A stretch of 62,505 nt of DNA from the IMG/VR virus record IMGVR_UViG_3300032223_002350, positions 1-62,505 of that record. One strand, 5' to 3'. Positions 44,562 through 54,672 of the stretch are shown piece after piece; position 1 is the stretch's first letter, and the number at the start of each line of letters is the position of its first letter. A model generated the notes under the pieces. The model was not told the origin of the DNA and searched no databases. It saw only the letters and a list, made by a program, of their open reading frames with translations. A program made the position numbers and the translations under genes. Source of the stretch: a virus (taxonomy: Duplodnaviria > Caudoviricetes).

Positions 44562-45304
44562 GATATTCCTATTATATTTGTAAATTTATTTATATCACCG
44601 CTGCTTATTTGTTTATCTAAACCATCATATCCGTCTATTCGTCCGTCTTTTAGTACAACTAAAGCTACCACCTCAAGTTTTTTAAATCTCTTAGGGAATG
44701 CTTGTTCTAATCTCACTTTCATGTCTAAAGACTTCACTCTGATATAATAGAATGTAACTTCATTTTTATAATAATAGTCATTGAAATGGTCTGGTGCTTT
44801 ATACGTTGTACACCACGCTGAATCTTTTCCTCCTTTGCAATCTCTGAAAGCAAATTTGGATATTCCTAATTTACGTGAAGCTTCGTGTGTATGAGGAGAC
44901 ATTATTAATAGATCATTATTGTCTACTATTGTTTCATAGTCTGATTCCATGTCTTTAACTGATATGGATTCTCCAGATTTATTTATTTTATCTACTTCTG
45001 ATTTTAAGTCTGCAAAGGATTTAAACTGATTTATATCTTTAGTTTTTGCTTTACCTTTGTTAAGAAACGTATTGTACTCTTCTATACTATTTCTTAGATC
45101 ATCTATATCTGGTTTGTCTTGAATCCATATTTTAGACATCCAGCCTACAAATTTCTTTTGTGGGGTTGGGTCTGCTTTTGTTAATGTTTCAAAATCTGAC
45201 TGAGATAATTTACCAGTATTAACATATTGTTTGGCTTGTTTTATGTTTTCTAGAACAAGATTTTTGTACTTTAATTTTACTGTATTTTCTCTTAATAATC
45301 TCAT
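44558..45304 (-). CDS. hypothetical protein (SAWCTT motif), probable head-packaged protein
   Basis: 248 aa with LRE/VLE leader; flanked by ~45-bp direct repeats. Confidence 0.7.
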   Translation of the reverse strand: MRLLRENTVKLKYKNLVLENIKQAKQYVNTGKLSQSDFETLTKADPTPQKKFVGWMSKIWIQDKPDIDDLRNSIEEYNTFLNKGKAKTKDINQFKSFADLKSEVDKINKSGESISVKDMESDYETIVDNNDLLIMSPHTHEASRKLGISKFAFRDCKGGKDSAWCTTYKAPDHFNDYYYKNEVTFYYIRVKSLDMKVRLEQAFPKRFKKLEVVALVVLKDGRIDGYDGLDKQISSGDINKFTNIIGIS

Positions 45305-45348
45305 TTTATTTTGTTGTCCTCTTTTAAAAAAGAAATTAATTTTATCAT
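45301..45348 (-). pseudogene. orphan copy of the LRR gene N-terminus (MIKLISFLKEDNKIK*)
   Basis: Direct repeat of about 44520-44567; late motif at 45356-45363. Confidence 0.65.
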
Positions 45349-45368
45349 GATATTAATAAATATTGGGT

Positions 45369-46673
45369 TTAGTCGAAAAAATAATTTTTTGAGTGCTTGT
45401 GTTTTACCCTGAATCCGTCTTCTTCGAGTATCTGCTTGATTCTGATGAGGAACTCCTTGCCGTCCTGTATCGAGTAGTCAAACAGGAAGGCGTCGTAGGT
45501 TATCAGCACCAGCTGGCTTGTCTTTCCTGACATGTACTCCCTAAGCCTCTCTATCTTCTGTACATTGTTTTTGGTCTCTAGATTCTGCACCCAGTAATTA
45601 AAAAGCTTAAGCTTATTCATCTCTGGATTCTTTCTGAGCATTGTGCCTGTTGGAAGTATCAATGAGCCGTCCCTCTTGTATCTCTTCCAGATCTCTTCTA
45701 TGAAATCTCCAAGCTTTGAAAAGAATGGGAATTCCCTATATTGATCTTCTATCCCACCGTACATCTGCTTGAATGTGATCTCTTTTGACTTACTATACTC
45801 CTCGTCTGTCAATTCTTCTTTGCTAAAATATATCTTGCCTAGCTGGGTGTGTATTGATTGATTTTGGTCGTGGAACTCATATCCTATCTGCTGTGCTATA
45901 AGTCTTAAGTGGTATGCATCAAAGTCAAATTCAATTAGGTAATCATATCGTGGAATAAAACATTGTCTAAACTTTTCTGTCTTTGGTATTGCTACGAAAT
46001 TTATGCCATTAAAAGAATTTGTAGGCCTGCCAGTTGTATTATACATATTATAGTATGAATATATCAATCCATCTTTTATAAAGCTGCTTTTTGACTCAAC
46101 AGCATATGCATCGTCTAAATAATCTTCATCTACTGCAATGCCCTGCTTTTCTACCCAACCATATACTTGTGAAGCTCTGTCTAATATGCTATGATCATTT
46201 TCAAGATCAAACAGAGATTGAATTTTATTATAGAGACATTGACATCTTTCATAGTGCTTTGTTATTGGTATAAGTTCATTCACATTTGGCATTGATCCCA
46301 GTCTCATATAAAAATCTCTGTGAACTAGAGTATCACACTCAAGCTTTGACTCATCTATTCCCTGATCCATTCTCGTAAAATTTAAATCCACAGCATTATC
46401 TATCTCGAGGAAATATGAATGGTATTTTCTATCGAGTAGGTAGACCTTTTTATGTGAATTTATAAAGGATTGAATCTGGGCTATTTCTAAGCTGAATCCT
46501 TCGCAATGGTTGACGGAGAATATGTAACCTTTGGTTCCATCATTATAGTAGACCAGTGAGCATCTGGATAGCGCTGGATGCTGTCTATCGGAAGATGATA
46601 CTACTTGAATAAAACAATAATCACTTGGAGTGAGCTTTGAAAGCTGCTCTGGAGTTTCAATGATAAAATACAT
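45369..46673 (-). CDS. second, divergent family A DNA polymerase-like protein
   Basis: TGRPTN, EFDFDAYHLRL (motif A), SKEITFKQMYGG (motif B), TYDAFLFD (motif C); no intact exonuclease motifs. Confidence 0.75.
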   Translation of the reverse strand: MYFIIETPEQLSKLTPSDYCFIQVVSSSDRQHPALSRCSLVYYNDGTKGYIFSVNHCEGFSLEIAQIQSFINSHKKVYLLDRKYHSYFLEIDNAVDLNFTRMDQGIDESKLECDTLVHRDFYMRLGSMPNVNELIPITKHYERCQCLYNKIQSLFDLENDHSILDRASQVYGWVEKQGIAVDEDYLDDAYAVESKSSFIKDGLIYSYYNMYNTTGRPTNSFNGINFVAIPKTEKFRQCFIPRYDYLIEFDFDAYHLRLIAQQIGYEFHDQNQSIHTQLGKIYFSKEELTDEEYSKSKEITFKQMYGGIEDQYREFPFFSKLGDFIEEIWKRYKRDGSLILPTGTMLRKNPEMNKLKLFNYWVQNLETKNNVQKIERLREYMSGKTSQLVLITYDAFLFDYSIQDGKEFLIRIKQILEEDGFRVKHKHSKNYFFD

Positions 46674-46747
46674 TTGTCAAAACCTAATTAATAGGAATGT
46701 ACGTTATCTTTTGGAACTTTTGCAGTGTAAGTTCTAAGTAAATAAAA

Positions 46748-46769
46748 AAGGAACCCGAAAGAGTTCCTT
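46748..46769 (-). terminator. intrinsic terminator downstream of the ART gene
   Basis: AAGGAAC-CCGAAAGA-GTTCCTT with an adjacent A/T run. Confidence 0.7.
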
Positions 46770-46792
46770 TATATCTTTTTATGCACAGCTAT

Positions 46793-47347
46793 TTAAACTT
46801 GAGTACATGATATAATTGTGTAATTTTCTTCAGGTTTGATACTCAATACTTTAAATTTTGATTCTTGGGATATTAACCACTCTTTTTCTTTTCTAGCCAT
46901 TTTAATTAAGTATTTAGCCGATTCTTCATCCTCTTCCCCCGATTCAATCCCCTCTTGCATCCAGTTTTCATACCACTTCCAGTAACAAAAACCTATAGGG
47001 TTAATTAATTCCATTATAATCTTTGTACTTTTTCCAAAAGTTTTAGCTATTTTAATGTTTTCAGATAAGCTTATAACATCTCCAATCTTAAATATTTGGC
47101 CTATTTCGGGATTTTTTGATATGTCTCCAAGGTTATAATTTTTTCCAAAGCCTCTATATAAAGATCCATTAAATTTTTCAAGATTAGATTTTATAATTTT
47201 ATTAAGTTCGTTGTTATAATCTGATACATGCTCTTTATCATGAATTAACATATTTAATATTTGAGCATCGTCTTCTGATACATTGTAATTTTCTAATAAT
47301 CCAGCTGTCTTTTGGAATTTTCTTACTTCTTGTAAATTACTTCTCAT
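46793..47347 (-). CDS. ADP-ribosyltransferase (R-S-E, VIP2/Alt/Mod-like)
   Basis: LYRG, SLSENIKIAKTF, EKEWLI; N-terminal LQEVRKFQKTAGLLE leader. Confidence 0.75.
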   Translation of the reverse strand: MRSNLQEVRKFQKTAGLLENYNVSEDDAQILNMLIHDKEHVSDYNNELNKIIKSNLEKFNGSLYRGFGKNYNLGDISKNPEIGQIFKIGDVISLSENIKIAKTFGKSTKIIMELINPIGFCYWKWYENWMQEGIESGEEDEESAKYLIKMARKEKEWLISQESKFKVLSIKPEENYTIISCTQV

Positions 47348-47407
47348 TATTTTAAGTTTTTTTATTATAATTATACGTCTTTTTTTGGAACTTTTGTAGT
47401 CTATGTT

Positions 47408-48106
47408 CTAAGTCGTAGGTCTTGTCCACTTGGTATAATCTCCTCCGATGAAATCTGTGATCCCAAGAAAAGTTTTATTTAGAGTTTCAGTCAATCTTTT
47501 ATTAGTATCTATGATCCCAGCTCTAGTATCATATTGAGATATCCTTACAGAATTTAAAGGTCCTGTGAGCTTCCAAAATATTTGTCCAATCATATACATA
47601 GAGACATCATATTGAACATCTCCATTTTGAATATTTGCATACTCATCTGATGATATTTCTACTACATACCCAATATCATTCACTCTTTTTGCAAAATTTC
47701 TTATAATATATCCTCTGTCATAATCACTTTGTAGTGGATTTGGATAATACGGTATAGGTCCTCCAATTGGATTTGTCATTGTCGAGCTTGGAATCTTTGT
47801 AGTTGGCTTCATTATTTTCTGAGAAGTAGCCACTGTGAGATTTGTAAGTCCCGAAGTAACTTTTGCCATGGCGCTTATTACAGCAGCTGGCAGAGTTTTA
47901 TTAGTAAGAGCTGGAGCATTTTGGTATTGATTTATTGGCGTTAAAAGTTGATTTGGACCCGTTAAAGGATCTGCGCCTGAATATGCTTTACCGTCATATG
48001 TAATATAGAATTTTCCTTTATAAGGTTGACCATCGGCAGTATAATCTCCACCTGAAGTATTTTGATTAGTCTGTATTCTAAATGATGGATAATATCTTAG
48101 TGACAT
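47408..48106 (-). CDS. virion/baseplate-associated protein
   Basis: Last gene of the tail operon; YKGKFY, DY.RG.I.R, WKLTG. Confidence 0.55.
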   Translation of the reverse strand: MSLRYYPSFRIQTNQNTSGGDYTADGQPYKGKFYITYDGKAYSGADPLTGPNQLLTPINQYQNAPALTNKTLPAAVISAMAKVTSGLTNLTVATSQKIMKPTTKIPSSTMTNPIGGPIPYYPNPLQSDYDRGYIIRNFAKRVNDIGYVVEISSDEYANIQNGDVQYDVSMYMIGQIFWKLTGPLNSVRISQYDTRAGIIDTNKRLTETLNKTFLGITDFIGGDYTKWTRPTT

Positions 48107-48108
48107 AA

Positions 48109-51100
48109 TTAAACTATTAAGGGAGGATCATTAAAAATTCTATTAGCAGCCGCTATTCTATTTTGAAATTCTGGTTTACCAGGTTTTTCATAATCTTCCA
48201 TTATAATACGAGTGGCTTCTTCTACACTAATGGCTGCTTTTATTTTATTTCGAAGAGGTAAATCTTTTAATAACTCAGACATTACAAATTGTAACTGAAT
48301 CATTAGATCATTAATAGATTTATTTTTTTGTTCTGCGAATTTTCTTAAATTATCTTGTCTATCTGACGCTGTCCATTGTGCAATTCCATAACCAACATCA
48401 TGAGTTAATGGAGGCGTATTTTCTATTTGTGATGCATTAGGATCCCATTTACTTTCTTGATAAAAATTTCCTACAAATCCAGAAGCTTGTGCTGGAGTGA
48501 ATTTTTGAGCTATGAAAAATTTGTATATTGTTTTAGCATTTTCTGATAGTACTACATTGTCTGATGTTGTTATTGCTGGAGGAATAAAAGGATGTTCTTT
48601 ATATTTTATATTTTGCAATGTATCATCATAATCTTTTTGATCTCTCATTAATGTCATGAAACCTTCTATAGACGTAGTCCATTCATTATTTGAGATTGTG
48701 TGCGTCATTCTTGCTATTGAGAAAGCGGGTCTTTTATCTACTAAATTTGCTCTGCTATATCTATATGGCATTACATTTTCACTTACTGTAAAAAGCTGAA
48801 ATGGATAAAGACCTGACATTCCATCTATTGTAATATTGGTTTTCATTGGAATAATCATCGCAGTTGCTGCTCCAGCAGATTCATTCTTTCTTTTTGCAAT
48901 TGCATTTGTATAGTAACTTAAAGCTCTTTCAACAGAATTAGCATTCATATACTCAGTCTTTGCATCTTTTTGAAATGCCTCTTGTTTTGATATAGCAGTA
49001 TATATAGTCTTTACAATTGTATTAAAGTTTACTTGTGCTTCAAATTCAGCAAAATTATCCTTGCTTTCTTTATCTGATGCTACACTATCAACGGCGCCTT
49101 TTATAAATCTGTCATAAGTTCCTTTATTATATATACCAAAATCAGATGTATTTTTTGCAGTAGCCACTTGATTACCTGGTATTGGATTTGCGGATATAGC
49201 CAAAAGACTTGCTATTCTTCCACTCATATCAGTTCTCATTTCAAATGCTCTTGCTATAGATTTATTTCCATATACTGGGATTTCAAATGATGTAGAGCCG
49301 TCTATTCCGTCTTGCATTACTGATTTTGCTATTGCATCAGGAGCTCCTTGTAATTGATCATCTGTTATTATATAGCAATTTGAATTATCATTGTAAGAAA
49401 GTCTAAATGCATTATATCCACCTAAAGCTTTATTAAGTTCAAGTAATATCTTTTCTATAGTTGTTTGAAAAAATACTTGACCTGTTTCACTATTATTTCT
49501 CTGTTCTTTTATAATTCTAAGAAGATAGTTTATATCAGTCATTACATACATTAATTTTCCAACATATCCATTTGGTGTATCTTTTCCTAGTGGATTTTTG
49601 AAAGTTGTATTAAGTGCTGGACTAAGTACATCTTGTTTAAAACTAAATAGAGGTTCTGGAGATATATTTGATCCTGATGCTTTAGTAAAAAGAGTTCTAT
49701 TTTTATCTATGTTTTTAAATAACTTATCGTATCCAGTATCTCCTCCCATAAATGGCACTAAAAACTTAAAAGGATCTAATGACATTTGACTTTGATTACT
49801 TAAAAAGAAATTAGTATTTGGATTAAAATCTATATAAGTCATTGGAACTATAGTATCTCCTTTTTTCAAAGCTTCTGTATTCTCTGTATTATAGAGCATT
49901 GCAGTATGATTGAGGAATAAAAAGAATAGTCCTAGTGGTATGTATACTGAAATTTGCTTATCAGCTGCTGCAGATACTCCTATATCAGCCGTTTCTCCAA
50001 TATCATTAATAAAGAAATTAAATAGTGTTTTAAAATCTACTTGAGGTATATTTTGTAAGAGACTGTCTTTAAGAACTCCATTCTCATCATATACATTCTC
50101 TGAAGACATTAAATAGTAATTATTTCCATAAGATAGATTAATACCAAGTCTTTCTTTGCTATTTATACTAGCTTCTACATATTTTTTTAAAGTATCAGTT
50201 GGATAATCTTTGATTTTTGGTATACCATTTGAGAAAAAACTAGAATAGCAACCTTCTGAAAATAAATCACTTATAAATTTATCATCGCTAGTTTGTTGTA
50301 TTGTATCTTTATGAAAAACAGAATTTATTTCTCTAAGAAATATAGATCTTAACATAAGTTCTAAAGTCGACTGTGATTCTGTTGTTAATTTAACTTGTTC
50401 TGCACTATAATCATTTTCTATTTTATTTTTAGTATCCATATTTCGAGCTGATGCATCTCTATTTGCTGCAGCGACAGCAGCATTATATTTTTGCAAATCT
50501 TTATTTTCTGATAGATCTTGATTTCCTTCTATAGAACCTATAAATGATAAGTCAGCGATTCTAATTTTACCAAAATCATCAGTTTGCGATCCACCCAGTC
50601 TTATTTTGTACTCAGACTGTTCATTACCATTACTATCAACTACTTGTAATAAGATATTTGTATTTAATTTGCTATTTGGATGAAGTATTGGGACTTTATT
50701 ACTTATTTCTAATATTTTATATTTTGTATTAGGATCTGTAAAATACTCTTGTGCTTTTGCATTTTCCCCTTTTGGAAAATTTAAAGTAATGCTAAATGCT
50801 GTATCTGATGGATTAATAGCCCCAAAGTAAGTATAGTCTATAAAATAGTCGCTTGCTCCGGTTTTATTTTCATTAACCAATACATCAAAATAATTAGAGT
50901 ACGTTTTTTTCCAACTTGATTGTGTATTTACTCCACCTTCTATTTTTAATGTACTATCTTGTTTATTTGTAATAATAGAATTTATTTGACTTATATTTAA
51001 TTTAACGTATGTTGGAGTATCTTGGCCTTGTATATTAGATGATGCAATGTATTTATCAACTATATTATTCCCAAAATCAAAAGACTTAACGAAATATATT

Positions 51101-52452
51101 ATCCCAGGATCCATATTATTTTCTAAATAATAAGCTTTTAGATTTGTAGAAGTTGAAGACAGACTTATATCATGAGTATCTTTATATGTATTTGTTGATA
51201 CTATAATTTTTTCTAAACTATATTGAACGCTGCCTGGTAATATTGGTTGAATTTGTGATTGACCCCGTAAAGTAGTTGCCGTACTACTAATTACTGGTGA
51301 TGGTGGCGTAACTGTTACTCCATTTACAGTAATGGGTTGTGAAGTTGGTGTAGGCCTCGGATTTTTTATATTAACAATTCCACCAGTTAAATTACCAGTA
51401 TTATATAATAAGATAGTATAAGGATCTGTTATTTTTAACTTAGCAAATCCTTCAGAATCAGAATTTTTTAATTGTTCATTTGCAGCTTCTATTTCTTCAT
51501 TCTTTTTTTTATTATTTTCATCAGCTGCTTTTTTTTCAGCTTCTGTTTTTTCTATATTTAAGTATGCTCTTAGTTGATTTTGGTATGCTTTTGAAAATAT
51601 ATCTATGTGATTTATAGGAAAATTACCCATGACAGCACCCAATGACATCGCTTTTACTGTGCAATCATATCCACCATCAGCATTCATACCGAAATCAAAA
51701 TGAGTAATTAAACCCAGCATTCCACCATAATTTCCATATGACTGTCTAATATTTGTTGATATTTTTATGTTTATATCTTCTTTTGTTAAACTAGTATCAA
51801 ATGGATTATCTATCATGAATTTTTCTGATGATTGTAGTATTCCACTATTATCGTAGTATTTTGCATGACCATATTCTATCAATACTGTAAAACCAGGTCT
51901 AAAATATAGCGCATCCATAATATCAAGTTGGAGTTTATCCCATACTTTAAAATTTATAGTAGCTTGTCTAAGAGATCCTAAACGACCAGTTGATTCTATC
52001 GTAACTGAAGTAATACCTGGCATTGGTCTATATCCAAAATTATTTATTTCACTTTGAGTTCCTGTGATATTATATGCACCACCTAGATCTATGCCTGATC
52101 TTAATTGCATTTGTTTATCTTTCCAAATAGATGTGCCACCATATAATATAAAATTCTTTGATAAATCTTCTTCTTTTCCAATCTGATTACCTGTAAGATC
52201 TTGGTAATATTTAAAAAGAGATGTAGGTGTTGTTATTTTTTCATATGTGCTTAAAGATGTATCATGCACATTTGCTATATTAACGGAAGATATTGCTCTT
52301 ATCCAAGCACCTTTATTTGCAAGATACAGAATATTATCATCATCTCTAGTTTTTTGAGATCCTAATTCACTTCTTGTTTTTAATTGATCTGCTGCCCACT
52401 TATACATTGGGTACCCAGCTATATTACATATTCTATCTAATTCTTGATTCAT
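48109..52452 (-). CDS. baseplate hub protein with C-terminal tail lysozyme (Phage_lysozyme2-like)
   Basis: RPMPGI..V..GSLR.ATINF N-domain; AQASGFVGNFYQES...GYGIAQWT..R...YEKP C-domain. Confidence 0.8.
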   Translation of the reverse strand: MNQELDRICNIAGYPMYKWAADQLKTRSELGSQKTRDDDNILYLANKGAWIRAISSVNIANVHDTSLSTYEKITTPTSLFKYYQDLTGNQIGKEEDLSKNFILYGGTSIWKDKQMQLRSGIDLGGAYNITGTQSEINNFGYRPMPGITSVTIESTGRLGSLRQATINFKVWDKLQLDIMDALYFRPGFTVLIEYGHAKYYDNSGILQSSEKFMIDNPFDTSLTKEDINIKISTNIRQSYGNYGGMLGLITHFDFGMNADGGYDCTVKAMSLGAVMGNFPINHIDIFSKAYQNQLRAYLNIEKTEAEKKAADENNKKKNEEIEAANEQLKNSDSEGFAKLKITDPYTILLYNTGNLTGGIVNIKNPRPTPTSQPITVNGVTVTPPSPVISSTATTLRGQSQIQPILPGSVQYSLEKIIVSTNTYKDTHDISLSSTSTNLKAYYLENNMDPGIIYFVKSFDFGNNIVDKYIASSNIQGQDTPTYVKLNISQINSIITNKQDSTLKIEGGVNTQSSWKKTYSNYFDVLVNENKTGASDYFIDYTYFGAINPSDTAFSITLNFPKGENAKAQEYFTDPNTKYKILEISNKVPILHPNSKLNTNILLQVVDSNGNEQSEYKIRLGGSQTDDFGKIRIADLSFIGSIEGNQDLSENKDLQKYNAAVAAANRDASARNMDTKNKIENDYSAEQVKLTTESQSTLELMLRSIFLREINSVFHKDTIQQTSDDKFISDLFSEGCYSSFFSNGIPKIKDYPTDTLKKYVEASINSKERLGINLSYGNNYYLMSSENVYDENGVLKDSLLQNIPQVDFKTLFNFFINDIGETADIGVSAAADKQISVYIPLGLFFLFLNHTAMLYNTENTEALKKGDTIVPMTYIDFNPNTNFFLSNQSQMSLDPFKFLVPFMGGDTGYDKLFKNIDKNRTLFTKASGSNISPEPLFSFKQDVLSPALNTTFKNPLGKDTPNGYVGKLMYVMTDINYLLRIIKEQRNNSETGQVFFQTTIEKILLELNKALGGYNAFRLSYNDNSNCYIITDDQLQGAPDAIAKSVMQDGIDGSTSFEIPVYGNKSIARAFEMRTDMSGRIASLLAISANPIPGNQVATAKNTSDFGIYNKGTYDRFIKGAVDSVASDKESKDNFAEFEAQVNFNTIVKTIYTAISKQEAFQKDAKTEYMNANSVERALSYYTNAIAKRKNESAGAATAMIIPMKTNITIDGMSGLYPFQLFTVSENVMPYRYSRANLVDKRPAFSIARMTHTISNNEWTTSIEGFMTLMRDQKDYDDTLQNIKYKEHPFIPPAITTSDNVVLSENAKTIYKFFIAQKFTPAQASGFVGNFYQESKWDPNASQIENTPPLTHDVGYGIAQWTASDRQDNLRKFAEQKNKSINDLMIQLQFVMSELLKDLPLRNKIKAAISVEEATRIIMEDYEKPGKPEFQNRIAAANRIFNDPPLIV

Positions 52453-52460
52453 TTATATAA

Positions 52461-52769
52461 CTATCTAATTCTATTTACTTGATTATATTTACTCACTATT
52501 GATTGTAGATCTATTGGCAATCTCAACTGCATGCCTACTGGAGGAAATAAACTATCTCCTGGAAGTGCATTTGCTGAAGCGATTACCCACCAATATCCAG
52601 TATCACCATAGAAATCTAATGCCATAAGATCTAATCTATCTCCTAAAGTTGTAATTACGTAGCTATCATCATTAGATAGTGGAATATCTGGGTATACTGC
52701 ATTAACATAGAAAGGCACACCTCTTAGACTATTTTTTGTAGTGGATATATTTTGATATCTATTTATCAT
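52461..52769 (-). CDS. LysM-like baseplate wedge / tail X protein
   Basis: GDRLDLMA.DFYGD...WWVIASAN...G.QLRLP. Confidence 0.85.
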   Translation of the reverse strand: MINRYQNISTTKNSLRGVPFYVNAVYPDIPLSNDDSYVITTLGDRLDLMALDFYGDTGYWWVIASANALPGDSLFPPVGMQLRLPIDLQSIVSKYNQVNRIR

Positions 52770-54670
52770 GCTACTATGGTATTATTTGATACAGAATTTG
52801 TTTCATAATAATCTGGTCCATTATATTGAGTACTTCCTGGTCCTGTTCCAAAATTATTTGGTTGAATTGGAGGTGCTGTTGGAGTTGGTGTTGAAAAAAT
52901 AGATTGTGGATTTAAATTATTACCAGTACTTACTTTTCCATTAGATTTTATTACTGTATTATTTATATCAATGAATGAGTTATTTGGATTTCCTATTATA
53001 GGTTTTGCTGTAAATTCATCTGTAAATCTTTGAGGTAAATTACTGAATATTGGTTTAAATGATATTGCTACTTCTAATACATGAGGTAATTCTTGAACGT
53101 CAGTAGAACTTTCTAAATTTATTTCCCAAGGAGTATTATTATCCACTGTTACATTTACACTTTCCAAAAATCCAGGAACGCGATAGAGATAGTCACCCAG
53201 AGTTATTTTTACTACGGGAGCTCTCATTATATTTGTATTTGGAGAATAGTCTGGATATACTTGAGATATTAGATAATTAAGCTTATTATATAGAGGTTTT
53301 AATTCTGATCTTGAAAATGCGGCAATCTTAAAAGAGAATGATATTGCTCTTGTAAATCCTTGATATGTATGAAATTCTTCACCACGACCCATATATCTAA
53401 ATGAATTTAATACTGCACTATTATTGTCAGTAAATCCATTTGATAATAAAGCTCTAAATATAAGCGCAGTTGAATATTTACTATCATCATTGCTTAAACA
53501 CTCAAATCCAAGTTTTATAGAATCTGTATATCCTAAAGCTTGCCAAGGATCTATATCATTTTTAAATACAGTAGGCATGCCAGAATTGATTTTATCTGAT
53601 GAAACTGATATTATATAGCTTGTTGGTTTTCCTTGTGGAAGAGTAGGATCTATTATACCAGGATTACTTATGCCTATTCTATTTTCCATGTTTATATTTG
53701 GATACCAAGTTAATTGAGCATACTTATACCCCTGTGTCCCTTGTCTAAAATCTTTTATACTATTTGTAATAACTGGTGCACCTTGAATTGCATTCTTTTT
53801 TGCAATCTGAGCATAATTCATTACATTTGGAAGCGTATTAAGTGTAGTATCAACAGCTCTTCTGACTATTGTATCTCCAACTCCATATGAAGAATTAGGA
53901 CCTCCTGGATAATTAAAAAGTAATGTTGAATTTGCTGATATACCTAAACTTTTTGCTAATAGTATATTTTCTGCAGATGATAGAAATTGATCAAATGAAG
54001 AAAACATATTTGAAGATATATTCGATATTTTTAGGTTTCTTAATATCGCAAGTCTATTTGTTACTGCAGAGTTTGTTATATTTTGTATTCCGACAGTAGT
54101 TGCATAGAAATCATCTTGTATCCCAAAATTATCTGATCCAACTCTTGCTATATGAGCACCAGTACCTTCAACTTTAATTTGGTTAAGAAGATTATCAATA
54201 GAATAAACTCTCGTATTACTTATCAATCCTGGAAGAGTTTTAGTATTATCAGATGATCTCATACTTACTCCGGTCTCAGTCTTTGGATTCATAAACTGCA
54301 ATGTCTGCTGCTTATCATTAAAGATGGTACCTTTAGCGCTATTTAAAAATGCCTTAATTCTTTGAAAATCAATATTATTTGATGGATATGTACCACCTCT
54401 TTTCGGAAAATCAGAAAGAGTTGAATTTGCCACAGAAATAGTGCCATCAGGAGTATTTGCATTTCCGTTAGTATCAAATTTAATATAAGGAAGTCCTGAA
54501 TCACCCCCACCTTTCTGGTCATTACCAAACTTCAGTGATGTATATTGGGTTTTGAGGTTTACTAATGCAATATCAAACGTGGCATATGGAAGTCCTGAGC
54601 TACCTCCGCCTTTCTGGTCATTACCAAACTTCAGCGATGTATATTGTGTTGTTAGGTTTACAAGTGCCAT
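52766..54670 (-). CDS. baseplate / tail-tube initiator protein
   Basis: FRALL, YMGRGE...YQGFTR, P.VKITLGDYL, PWEI; 33-aa N-terminal tandem duplication. Confidence 0.7.
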   Translation of the reverse strand: MALVNLTTQYTSLKFGNDQKGGGSSGLPYATFDIALVNLKTQYTSLKFGNDQKGGGDSGLPYIKFDTNGNANTPDGTISVANSTLSDFPKRGGTYPSNNIDFQRIKAFLNSAKGTIFNDKQQTLQFMNPKTETGVSMRSSDNTKTLPGLISNTRVYSIDNLLNQIKVEGTGAHIARVGSDNFGIQDDFYATTVGIQNITNSAVTNRLAILRNLKISNISSNMFSSFDQFLSSAENILLAKSLGISANSTLLFNYPGGPNSSYGVGDTIVRRAVDTTLNTLPNVMNYAQIAKKNAIQGAPVITNSIKDFRQGTQGYKYAQLTWYPNINMENRIGISNPGIIDPTLPQGKPTSYIISVSSDKINSGMPTVFKNDIDPWQALGYTDSIKLGFECLSNDDSKYSTALIFRALLSNGFTDNNSAVLNSFRYMGRGEEFHTYQGFTRAISFSFKIAAFSRSELKPLYNKLNYLISQVYPDYSPNTNIMRAPVVKITLGDYLYRVPGFLESVNVTVDNNTPWEINLESSTDVQELPHVLEVAISFKPIFSNLPQRFTDEFTAKPIIGNPNNSFIDINNTVIKSNGKVSTGNNLNPQSIFSTPTPTAPPIQPNNFGTGPGSTQYNGPDYYETNSVSNNTIVA

Positions 54671-54672
54671 AA

